A stretch of DNA of 36,497 nucleotides from Pseudoxanthomonas sp. (GTDB lineage Bacteria > Pseudomonadota > Gammaproteobacteria > Xanthomonadales > Xanthomonadaceae). A model generated the notes under the pieces. It saw only the letters and a program-made list of their open reading frames with translations. It made no database searches and was not told where the DNA came from. The DNA is taken from assembly GCA_035687185.1 (NCBI GenBank), contig DASRYN010000151.1:1-36497 (forward strand), read 5' to 3'. A program made the position numbers and the translations under genes. This document shows, one piece after another, positions 23,892 to 31,675 of the stretch (within the stretch, counting starts at the first letter, position 1; every line of letters starts with the position of its first letter).

Positions 23892-26011
23892 AGCTGCGCT
23901 TCGGCCTGCAGGCGCGGTTCCTGGCGGCCATGTCGCTGGTGCTGCTGGTGGTCCTGGTGCTGCTGGGGCTGCTGCTGCACCGGCAGCGGCTGGTGCAGCG
24001 CGAGTCGGAAACGCTCAGCAGCGCGGTCATGCACCGCATGGTGGACGAGTACCTGCACTCGCACGGCCGCGCGCTGGCCGGCAACCTGGCCGACAACCTG
24101 GCCAATCCGCTCTACTACTCCGACCTGGACGCCATCGGCCGCATCCTGCGCGACCACATGCGCGACGGGCTGGTGGAATACCTGCTGGTGTTCGACGCCA
24201 ACGGCCGGCTGGTCCACGACGGCTCCACCGAGATCGCCGGCTACGGCCGGCTGATGCCGGACCCGCTGGCCGCGCGCGCGGTGGGCGCGGAGGAGCCGGT
24301 GAGCCAGGCCACCGCGCGGGTGCTGGAGATGTCCGCGCCGATCCGGGTGGGCAGCAAGCGCATCGGCGGCATCCGCGTGGGCCTGTCGCTGGAGGCGGCC
24401 CACCGCTTCGAGCGGCGCAGCGCCGAACGGCTGCACGCGCAGATCCAGGCGCTGTCCCAGCGCCACCGCGGCTGGCTCGGGCTGCTGCTGGCGCTGCTGC
24501 TGGGCGTGGTGGTGCTCACCGCCTGGTACGTGCAGCGCACCCTGGTCCGGCCGATCCGGCAGCTGGCGCAGTCCGCGCGCCGCATCGAGGCCGGCGACTA
24601 CAGCGTCCGCCAGCACGCCGGCAACCGCAACGACGAGCTGGGCGACCTGCAGCGCGCCTTCGACCGCATGAGCGAGAGCGTGGCCCGCCACGACCGCGAC
24701 GTGCGCCGCATGGCCTACACCGACGCGCTGACCGGCCTGACCAACCGCCTCGCGTTCCGCGAGGCGCTGGACCACCGGCTGATGCTGCTGCGCGGCTCCG
24801 GCCGCCAGCTGGCGCTGCTGTTCGCCGACATCGACGACTTCAAGCGGGTCAACGACACCCTCGGCCACGAGGCCGGCGACGAGGCGCTGCTGCAGTTCGC
24901 CAACCGCATCCGCGAGGCGGTGGAGCGCTACGGCGGCGACGACGCGCTGCTGGCCCGCTTCGGCGGCGACGAGTTCGTGATCCTGGTCCAGGAGGGCGAC
25001 GTGCGCGCCGTGGCCACGCGCCTGGCCGAAGTGCTGGTGGCCGAGCTGCGGCGGCCGCTGGACATCCACGACCGGCAGGTGTTCCTGGGCACGTCCATCG
25101 GCATCACCCTGTTCCCGGAGGACGCGTCCAGCGCCAGCGCGCTGATGAAGAACGGCGACATCGCCATGTACCAGGCCAAGGTCGCCGGCAAGAACGGCTT
25201 CCGCTTCTACAGCCGCGCCATGGACCACGCGGTGGAGCGCCGCGTGCACATGGAGCAGGAGCTGCGCGGCGCCTGGGAGCGCGGCGAGCTGAGCGTGGTG
25301 TACCAGCCCGTCTGCCGCACCAGCGACGGCCGGGTGGTCGGCGCCGAGGCGCTGCTGCGCTGGCAGCACCCGATGCTGGGCACCATCGCCCCGTCGGTGT
25401 TCATCGACGTGGCCGAGCAGAGCGGCCTGATCGAGAGCATCGGCCCGCGCGTGCTGTACACCGCCTGCGCCGAGGCCGTGCGCTGGCTGGAGCTGGGCAC
25501 CGAGAAGCTGTTCGTCTCGGTGAACATCTCCCCGCGCCAGTTGCGCCGGGGCGACCTGCCCGACATCGTCGCCGGCTGCCTGCGCGAGACCGGCCTGCCG
25601 GCGTCCTGCCTGCACCTGGAGCTGACCGAGACCACGGTGATCAGCGACGAGCTGCAGGCCGCCGCGCTGCTGGCGCGGCTGCACAGCACCGGGGTGAAGG
25701 TCTGGCTGGACGACTTCGGCACCGGCTTCTCGGGGCTCAGCCACCTGCGCCGCGTGCCGGTGGACGGGGTGAAGATCGACCGCAGCTTCGTGGCCGACCT
25801 GCAGCGCGATCCGGACGACCTGGCCCTGACCACCGCCATCATCGCCATGGCCCACTCGCTGGGGATCACCGTGGTGGCCGAAGGCGTGGAGAAGGAGGCG
25901 CAGTACAAGCTGCTGGCCGAGCGCGGCTGCGACCTGGTCCAGGGCTACTGGCTCAGCCACCCGGTCAGCGCGCCGGAGTTCACCCACCTGCTGGCGCGGC
26001 GGATGCGCTGA
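23888..26011 (+). CDS. Membrane diguanylate cyclase/phosphodiesterase (TM-periplasmic-TM-HAMP-GGDEF-EAL)
   Basis: ATG overlaps the upstream stop; two TM segments; HAMP (PIRQLA..RNDELGDL); DIDDFKRVNDTLGH, RFGGDEF; AEALLRW, VNIS, DDFGTGFS, KIDRSF, EGVE, QGY. Confidence 0.93.
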   Translation: MKLRFGLQARFLAAMSLVLLVVLVLLGLLLHRQRLVQRESETLSSAVMHRMVDEYLHSHGRALAGNLADNLANPLYYSDLDAIGRILRDHMRDGLVEYLLVFDANGRLVHDGSTEIAGYGRLMPDPLAARAVGAEEPVSQATARVLEMSAPIRVGSKRIGGIRVGLSLEAAHRFERRSAERLHAQIQALSQRHRGWLGLLLALLLGVVVLTAWYVQRTLVRPIRQLAQSARRIEAGDYSVRQHAGNRNDELGDLQRAFDRMSESVARHDRDVRRMAYTDALTGLTNRLAFREALDHRLMLLRGSGRQLALLFADIDDFKRVNDTLGHEAGDEALLQFANRIREAVERYGGDDALLARFGGDEFVILVQEGDVRAVATRLAEVLVAELRRPLDIHDRQVFLGTSIGITLFPEDASSASALMKNGDIAMYQAKVAGKNGFRFYSRAMDHAVERRVHMEQELRGAWERGELSVVYQPVCRTSDGRVVGAEALLRWQHPMLGTIAPSVFIDVAEQSGLIESIGPRVLYTACAEAVRWLELGTEKLFVSVNISPRQLRRGDLPDIVAGCLRETGLPASCLHLELTETTVISDELQAAALLARLHSTGVKVWLDDFGTGFSGLSHLRRVPVDGVKIDRSFVADLQRDPDDLALTTAIIAMAHSLGITVVAEGVEKEAQYKLLAERGCDLVQGYWLSHPVSAPEFTHLLARRMR

Positions 26012-26017
26012 GCCGCG

Positions 26018-26662
26018 TCAGGCGCGCAGGCGCTGCAGCCAGGCGCCGACCAGGTCGGTCAGCTGTTCCGAGAGCAGGCCCATGCCCACCAGGGTGGCGG
26101 CCGACACCAGCCACAGCGCCAGCAGCAGCGCGCCGTCGCGCTCCATCAGCGCCAGCGCGTAGAGCAGCAGCAGGCTGGCGAACAGGTAGTTGGTCAGCGG
26201 GATCGGCAGGGCCAGCAGAACGCCGAGCAGCACCAGCAGCAGGCCGGTGAAGGCGTTGGCCAGGCGGCTGCCGGCCAGCGGCTGCAGGCGCGGCCGGATC
26301 AGGTGTTCCAGCCGCGCCAGCCACGGCCCGATGCGGTCGCAGAAGCGCACCATGGTGCGGCGCCGCGGTCCACGCCGGCCGATGAAGCCCGGCAGCCACG
26401 GCTGCTGCAGGCCGACCAGCATCTGCAGCCCGATCAGCACCACCAGCGGGCCGCCCACCGCGCCGCCGACGCCGGGAATGGGGATGAAGCCGGGCAGGAT
26501 GGAGACGAACAGGAACATGCCGAAGGCGCTGCGGCGCAGCCCGGCCAGCAGGTCGTGCAGGGTCAGCACCTGGTCCGAGTCTCCCTCGGAGAAGGCGCGG
26601 AGCAGCCGGGTGACGCCGTTGCCGGCGGGCGGCGCGCCCGGGGGCTCAGACCGCGGTGACAT
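26018..26662 (-). CDS. exoD: ExoD-family membrane protein
   Basis: FIPIPG, GLQQPWLP, LEHLIRPRL, LALPIPLTN, ERDG motifs; overlaps the upstream gene by 17 bp. Confidence 0.85.
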   Translation of the reverse strand: MSPRSEPPGAPPAGNGVTRLLRAFSEGDSDQVLTLHDLLAGLRRSAFGMFLFVSILPGFIPIPGVGGAVGGPLVVLIGLQMLVGLQQPWLPGFIGRRGPRRRTMVRFCDRIGPWLARLEHLIRPRLQPLAGSRLANAFTGLLLVLLGVLLALPIPLTNYLFASLLLLYALALMERDGALLLALWLVSAATLVGMGLLSEQLTDLVGAWLQRLRA

Positions 26663-27962
26663 CGTCGTCCTGCGGCAGCCGGCGCAGCAGCAGCTTGTCG
26701 ATGCGTGCCCCGTCCAGGTCCACCACCTCGATGCGCCACCCGGCCCAGTCGAAATGCTCGCCCACGTGCGGGATGCGGCCGAAGTGCGCGATGCACATGC
26801 CCGCCAGCGTGTGGTAGTCCGCGTCGCCGGCGTCGGGCAGCGCCGCCCCGTCCATCAGCTCGCGCAGGTCCTCGGCCGGCAGCGTGCCGCCGACCAGCAG
26901 CGAGCCGTCGTCGCGGGCGACCACCAGCGCGTCCTCGTCGGCGTTCTCCACCGCCTGCAGGCGGCCGACGATGGCGCCCATCAGGTCGCTGACCGTCACC
27001 AGGCCCTGGATGTCGCCGTACTCGTCCACCACCAGCGCCATCGACTGCTGTTCCTCGCGGAAGATCTCCAGCAGCTTCATCGCGTGGGTGGACTCGGAGA
27101 CGAACAGCGGCGTGCGCAGCCCGCGCAGCAGCGCCTGCCCGGCCGGCGGCTGCCCCAGGTCGTGCAGCAGCGCCTTGACCTCCAGCACGCCGGCCACGTC
27201 GTGGTCGCCGCCGCGGTAGACCGGGTAGCGCGAGTACTGGTGCTCGCGCATGGTCTCCAGGTTCTCCTCGGGCGGGACCTCGGCGTCCAGCCAGGCGATG
27301 CGGTTGCGCGGGGTCATCATGCTCGCCGCGGTGCGGTCGCCGAGGCGGATGACGCGGTTGACCATGTCGCGCTCGTGCGCGTCGATCACGCCCTGCTCGT
27401 GGCTCTCGGCCACCAGCATGCGGATCTCTTCCTCGCTGATGGTGCTGGCCTCGTCCTTGCCCAGCCCGAGCAGGCGCAGCACCAGGCGGGTGCTGTGCGA
27501 GAGCAGCCACACGAAGGGGAAGGCGATGCGGGCCAGCCAGCCCATCGGCAGGGCGACGAAGCCGGCGATGCGCTCCGGCGCGGTGATGGCCAGGCGCTTG
27601 GGCACCAGCTCGCCGAAGATCAGCGTCAGGTAGGTGATCAGCGCCACGGCCACCAGCTTGCCCAGGGTGCCGGCGTACTCGCCCAGCGCCGGGACCACGC
27701 GCGCCAGCCAGCCGCCGATGGCCAGGCCGATGGCCTCGCCGCCGAACAGGCCGGTGAGGATGCCGATCAGGGTGATCCCGATCTGCACCGTGGACAGGAA
27801 GTTCTCCGGCTTCTCGGACAGGGCCAGGGCCCGGGCCGCGCGCTTGCTGGCCTGGGCCAGCTGCTTGAGCCGGCTGCGGCGCGAGGTCATCACCGACATC
27901 TCCGACATCGCGAAGAAGCCGTTGAGCAGGACCAGGGCCAGTACGATCAGCAGCTCAGCCAC
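26646..27962 (-). CDS. Hemolysin-family/CorB-like CNNM-CBS-CBS-CorC membrane protein (putative Mg2+/cation transport)
   Basis: LNGFFAMSE, LSTVQIGITL, FGELVPKRLA, MTPR, YSRYPV, VVDEYG and C-terminal CorC domain; GTG start has only a weak SD. Confidence 0.9.
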   Translation of the reverse strand: MAELLIVLALVLLNGFFAMSEMSVMTSRRSRLKQLAQASKRAARALALSEKPENFLSTVQIGITLIGILTGLFGGEAIGLAIGGWLARVVPALGEYAGTLGKLVAVALITYLTLIFGELVPKRLAITAPERIAGFVALPMGWLARIAFPFVWLLSHSTRLVLRLLGLGKDEASTISEEEIRMLVAESHEQGVIDAHERDMVNRVIRLGDRTAASMMTPRNRIAWLDAEVPPEENLETMREHQYSRYPVYRGGDHDVAGVLEVKALLHDLGQPPAGQALLRGLRTPLFVSESTHAMKLLEIFREEQQSMALVVDEYGDIQGLVTVSDLMGAIVGRLQAVENADEDALVVARDDGSLLVGGTLPAEDLRELMDGAALPDAGDADYHTLAGMCIAHFGRIPHVGEHFDWAGWRIEVVDLDGARIDKLLLRRLPQDDDVTAV

Positions 27963-28047
27963 GCCGGCGGACCCCGCGGCGAGGAGCGGAAAGCGTGCGG
28001 CCGGGGCGGATGCGCCGGGAAGAGGGGGGAGTCGGGTCGTCGTCCAT
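27955..28047 (-). CDS. Putative MgtL-like leader peptide (30 aa, MDDDPTPPSSRRIR...)
   Basis: First ATG after an extended -10 (TGcTAAGAT, 28077-28085); acidic/Pro N-terminus; stop overlaps the CorB-like GTG. Confidence 0.5.
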   Translation of the reverse strand: MDDDPTPPSSRRIRPGRTLSAPRRGVRRRG

Positions 28048-28168
28048 AGGCTGCGCCCCGGGGGGGCGCGGGCCGCATCTTAGCAAATGCGCGCCGCCCG
28101 GCCTCACGCGGCCGTGACGCCGCCCGCGCCCGCCGCCGGCAGCCGCAGTATCCCGGCCGGGCGCCGGG

Positions 28169-28186
28169 CTGTCATAATTCCGCAAT
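28169..28186 (+). promoter_or_regulatory. Pho-box-like site overlapping the -10 of the DUF47-pit operon
   Basis: CTGTCAT-aatt-CCGCAAT containing TGtCATAAT, 21 nt before ATG 28208. Confidence 0.55.
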
Positions 28187-28207
28187 CCATCCGCAGGACA
28201 GCCTCCC

Positions 28208-28834
28208 ATGTTCTCACTGCAGACCATCTTCGGTTCCGGCAAGCAGTTCTTCGTCCTGCTGGACGAGGCGGCCGAGGCGGCCCACGACAGCACCAGGGCG
28301 CTGTACGAGATGATGAAGGCCTCCGACCGGCAGCCGGCGCTGGACGGCTTCAAGCTGGCCCGCCAGCGCGAGCGCGCGGCTTCGGAGAAGATCGGCAAGG
28401 CGCTGGTGGAGAGCTTCATCACCCCGCTGGAGCGCGAGGACATCGAGGCGCTGGGCTCGGCGCTGTACAAGATCCCCAAGCAGGTGGAGAAGTTCGCCGA
28501 CCGCTACTCGCTGGCGACCCAGCACCTGGCCCACATCGACTTCGCGCCGCGCGCGGCCATGCTGGAGCAGGCCGCGTCCGTGGTGGTGGACATGGTGCGC
28601 GAGCTGCGGCACATGAACCTGGACCGCATGACCGCGCTCAACGACAAGCTCCGCTCGATCGAGAACGAGGCCGACCGGCTGATGCTGGAGCTGTACCGCG
28701 ACATCTATTCCGGGCGGCTGGACCACCTGCAGATGTTCCTGCTCAAGGAGTTCTTCGAGATCCTGGAGAAGGCCATCGACCGCTGCCGCGAGGCGGGCGT
28801 GGTCGCGTACCAGATCGTGCTGAAGAACTCGTGA
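28208..28834 (+). CDS. DUF47 / PhoU-like Pit accessory protein
   Basis: SFITPLEREDI and IENEAD motifs, helical protein, upstream of pit. Confidence 0.9.
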   Translation: MFSLQTIFGSGKQFFVLLDEAAEAAHDSTRALYEMMKASDRQPALDGFKLARQRERAASEKIGKALVESFITPLEREDIEALGSALYKIPKQVEKFADRYSLATQHLAHIDFAPRAAMLEQAASVVVDMVRELRHMNLDRMTALNDKLRSIENEADRLMLELYRDIYSGRLDHLQMFLLKEFFEILEKAIDRCREAGVVAYQIVLKNS

Positions 28835-28964
28835 TGGCCGGCGCAGGGTTTTCCACGGGCGCGCCGGCCGCGAACGCGCGCGCCCGGATCCGCTTCGACG
28901 CCGCGCGGCCCGGCCGCGCCGGCCCGGCCGCGGCGACGGCGGCCGACACGCAGGGGGTGATGCC

Positions 28965-30083
28965 ATGCTGACGCTCGTGCTGGTGGTGATCCTGGCCGCG
29001 CTCGTGTTCGAGTTCATCAACGGCTTCCACGACACCGCCAACTCCATCGCCACCGTGGTGGCCACCAAGGTGCTCTCGCCGGGGCACGCGGTGATGCTGG
29101 CCGCGGTGATGAACCTGATCGGCGCCCTGGCCGGCACCGCGGTGGCCAAGACCATCGCTTCGGGCCTGGTGGACGTGAGCGTGGTGGAGGTCACCTCGCA
29201 GGTGATCCTGTGCGCGCTGCTGGGCGGCATCATCTGGAACCTGATCACCTGGTGGTTCGGCCTGCCGTCCTCGTCCTCGCACGCGCTGATCGGCGGGCTG
29301 TGCGGCGCGGCCCTGGCCGCCGCCCACAACGACTGGAACGCGCTGATCTGGTCGCAGGAGGCCGGCGACTGGACCAAGAACCAGGGCCTGCTGTGGAAGG
29401 TGTTCCTTCCCATGATCACCTCGCCGCTGACCGGCTTCCTGCTCGGCGTGGCGACGATGCTGCTGCTGTGGGCGATCATCGCCGGCATGGCGCGCGCCGG
29501 CGGCGTGCTGCGGCGGATGGCGCGGCCGCGCTGGGTCAACGCCTTCTTCGGCAAGGCGCAGATCCTCTCGGCGGCCTACATGGGCTTCGCCCACGGCCAC
29601 AACGACGCGCAGAAGACCATGGGCATCATCGCCCTGACCCTGTTCGCGGCCGAGTCCGCCGGCACCCTCGACGACCTGCCGGGCTGGCTGGCGTTCCTGC
29701 ACCCCGGCGCGGGCGAGCAGGACATCGCCACCTGGATCGTGATCACCTGCGCCATCGTGATGGCGCTGGGCACGGCCTCGGGCGGCTGGCGCATCATCAA
29801 GACGCTGGGCCACAAGATGGTCAAGCTGCACCCGATCAACGGCTTCGCCGCCGAGACCAGCTCGGCCACGGTGCTGACCCTGGCCGCGCATTTCGGCATG
29901 CCGGTGTCGACCACGCACAGCATCTCCACCGCGATCATGGGCGTGGGCTTCGCCAAGAACCCGCGCGCGCTGAAGTTCGGCGTGATCGAGCGGATCCTCT
30001 GGGCGTGGATCCTGACCATCCCGGCCGCCGGCGGCCTGGCCTACCTGATCCTGCGCGCGATGGAGGCGCTGGGCTGGGCCTGA
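28965..30083 (+). CDS. pit: PiT-family inorganic phosphate transporter
   Basis: FINGFHDTANSIAT, GLPSSSSHALIGG, AHGHNDAQKTMG, GMPVSTTH. Confidence 0.94.
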   Translation: MLTLVLVVILAALVFEFINGFHDTANSIATVVATKVLSPGHAVMLAAVMNLIGALAGTAVAKTIASGLVDVSVVEVTSQVILCALLGGIIWNLITWWFGLPSSSSHALIGGLCGAALAAAHNDWNALIWSQEAGDWTKNQGLLWKVFLPMITSPLTGFLLGVATMLLLWAIIAGMARAGGVLRRMARPRWVNAFFGKAQILSAAYMGFAHGHNDAQKTMGIIALTLFAAESAGTLDDLPGWLAFLHPGAGEQDIATWIVITCAIVMALGTASGGWRIIKTLGHKMVKLHPINGFAAETSSATVLTLAAHFGMPVSTTHSISTAIMGVGFAKNPRALKFGVIERILWAWILTIPAAGGLAYLILRAMEALGWA

Positions 30084-30098
30084 GCCCGGCCGCGCCCG

Positions 30099-30509
30099 CT
30101 ACAGCAGGTCGCCTTCGGCCGACAGCGCGCGTTCCATGCGGTCGCCCAGGCCGCCGATCTCCAGCACGAGGCGTTCCACTTCGGCCGGGGTGAGGCCGTC
30201 GTAGGGGCGGTTCTCGCACAGCTGCAGGTAGGGCACGCCGTCCAGCTCGCCGATGGCCAGGTAGCCCACGCTGCTCTGCCAGTTGAACACCAGCGCGCGC
30301 CGCGCATCGATCCCGGTGGTCGGCGCGATCACCGTGCTCACCCGCAGCAGGGGGCGGCCGTCGTCGCCGTCCAGCTCGCTGAGGAAGATCGACTGGTGGC
30401 GGCTGCCGCCTTCCAGCGACAGCTCCACGCAGGCCACGAAGGGTTCCTGCATGGTCAGGCGGAAGCCCGCGGTCGCCAGGTGGCTGCGGATCTGTTCGAA
30501 ATTGCGCAT
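30099..30509 (-). CDS. Hypothetical protein, possibly YbjN/CesT-like chaperone fold
   Basis: GGAGG SD; 136 aa with beta-rich core, 'ALVFNW...GYLAI' and C-terminal 'GDRMERALSAEGDLL' pattern; fold is inference. Confidence 0.65.
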   Translation of the reverse strand: MRNFEQIRSHLATAGFRLTMQEPFVACVELSLEGGSRHQSIFLSELDGDDGRPLLRVSTVIAPTTGIDARRALVFNWQSSVGYLAIGELDGVPYLQLCENRPYDGLTPAEVERLVLEIGGLGDRMERALSAEGDLL

Positions 30510-30533
30510 GGCGTCCTCCGCGTCGCTGCCGGC

Positions 30534-30540
30534 TATGCTA
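30534..30540. promoter_or_regulatory. Overlapping divergent -10 elements
   Basis: TATGCTA reads TATGCT on + and TAGCAT on - inside a 38-bp divergent gap. Confidence 0.5.
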
Positions 30541-30547
30541 GCCGCTG

Positions 30548-30889
30548 ATGCCCGCCACGTCTGCCGACGCCGCCGAACGCCTGCTGGCCGCGGTCCGCGC
30601 GATCCCGCGCGGGCAGGTGGCCGGCTACGGCGAGGTGGCCCGCCGCGCCGGGCTGCCGGGCCGCGCGCGGCTGGCGGCGCGGGTGCTGGCGGCCAACACC
30701 GACCCGGACCTGCCCTGGCACCGCGTGCTGCGCTCGGACGGGCGCATCGCCTTCCCCGAGGGCTCGGCCGGCTGGCGCGAGCAGTGCCGGCGGCTGCGCG
30801 CCGAGGGCGTGGCGGTGGAACGGGGCCGGGTGCGCCGCACGGCCGCGCTCGACCTGGATGCGGCGGTGTGGGGGCCGGACGGCGCGTAG
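30548..30889 (+). CDS. Alkyltransferase-like protein (ATL/YbaZ, MGMT family)
   Basis: IPRGQVAGYGEVA, PWHRV (Trp in place of the catalytic Cys), LRAEGV. Confidence 0.9.
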   Translation: MPATSADAAERLLAAVRAIPRGQVAGYGEVARRAGLPGRARLAARVLAANTDPDLPWHRVLRSDGRIAFPEGSAGWREQCRRLRAEGVAVERGRVRRTAALDLDAAVWGPDGA

Positions 30890-30946
30890 AGCGGTCCGTC
30901 GCGGCCGGCCCGGTATGATGGGCGCCCCCTGGATCCGGAGCCGCGG

Positions 30947-31621
30947 ATGCTCTCGCGACTGCCCCCCGTCACCCGCGCACTGCTGGTCGCCAACGTGGCG
31001 CTGTTCCTGCTGCAGCTCCTGATGGGCCCGGCCACCTTCGACCCGTTCATGCTCTGGCCGCCGAGCGCGATGGGCTTCGACCCGTTCTCCCCCGGCCAGA
31101 ATTTCCAGCCCTGGCAACTGCTGACCTACGGCTTCCTGCACGGCGGCTTCGGCCACCTGCTGTTCAACATGCTGGCGCTGTACATGTTCGGCGCGCCGCT
31201 GGAGCTGACCTGGGGGGCGCGCCGCTTCCTGGCCTACTACCTGATCTGCGTGGCCGGCGCCGGGCTGTGCCAGCTGGCGGTGGGCTGGTGGAGCGTGTCG
31301 CAGGGCGGGCCGGCCTACCCGACGGTGGGCGCCTCCGGCGGCGTGTTCGGCCTGCTGCTGGCCTACGGCATGCTGTTCCCGAACCAGCAGGTGATGCTCC
31401 TGTTCCCGCCGATCCCGATGAAGGCGCGCACCTTCGTCATCGTGTTCGGCGCGATCACGCTGCTGCTGGGCTTCACCGGCTGGCAGCCGGGCGTGGCCCA
31501 CTTCGCCCACCTGGGCGGCATGCTGTTCGGGTGGCTGGTGATCCGCTACTGGCGCGGGCAGCCGCCCTTCGGCGGCCGCCGGCCGCCGCGCGGCGGACCG
31601 CACCTGCGGCGGGTGAAGTAG
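30947..31621 (+). CDS. Rhomboid intramembrane serine protease
   Basis: WQLLTYGFLH, HLLFNM, GASG, AHFAHLGG. Confidence 0.94.
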   Translation: MLSRLPPVTRALLVANVALFLLQLLMGPATFDPFMLWPPSAMGFDPFSPGQNFQPWQLLTYGFLHGGFGHLLFNMLALYMFGAPLELTWGARRFLAYYLICVAGAGLCQLAVGWWSVSQGGPAYPTVGASGGVFGLLLAYGMLFPNQQVMLLFPPIPMKARTFVIVFGAITLLLGFTGWQPGVAHFAHLGGMLFGWLVIRYWRGQPPFGGRRPPRGGPHLRRVK

Positions 31622-31634
31622 CTGCGGCGGGCAA

Positions 31635-31664
31635 GGAAAAGGCGCGGGGGACCGCGCCTTTTCC
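31635..31664. terminator. Bidirectional intrinsic terminator
   Basis: ggaaaaggcgcgg/ccgcgccttttcc 13-bp stem between convergent genes. Confidence 0.8.
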
Positions 31665-31675
31665 GTTCCTGCCGG

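Noticed and set aside
26646-27962. 'Hemolysin' as a toxin
   Set aside because: The CNNM-CBS-CorC architecture indicates a cation-homeostasis protein; the name is historical.
27963-28085. M-box or yybP-ykoY riboswitch upstream of the CorB-like gene
   Set aside because: No consensus elements seen and the leader is short; the uORF explains the region better.
30548-30889. PWHRV as an inactivated O6-methyltransferase pseudogene
   Set aside because: Cys-to-Trp is the normal signature of ATL proteins.
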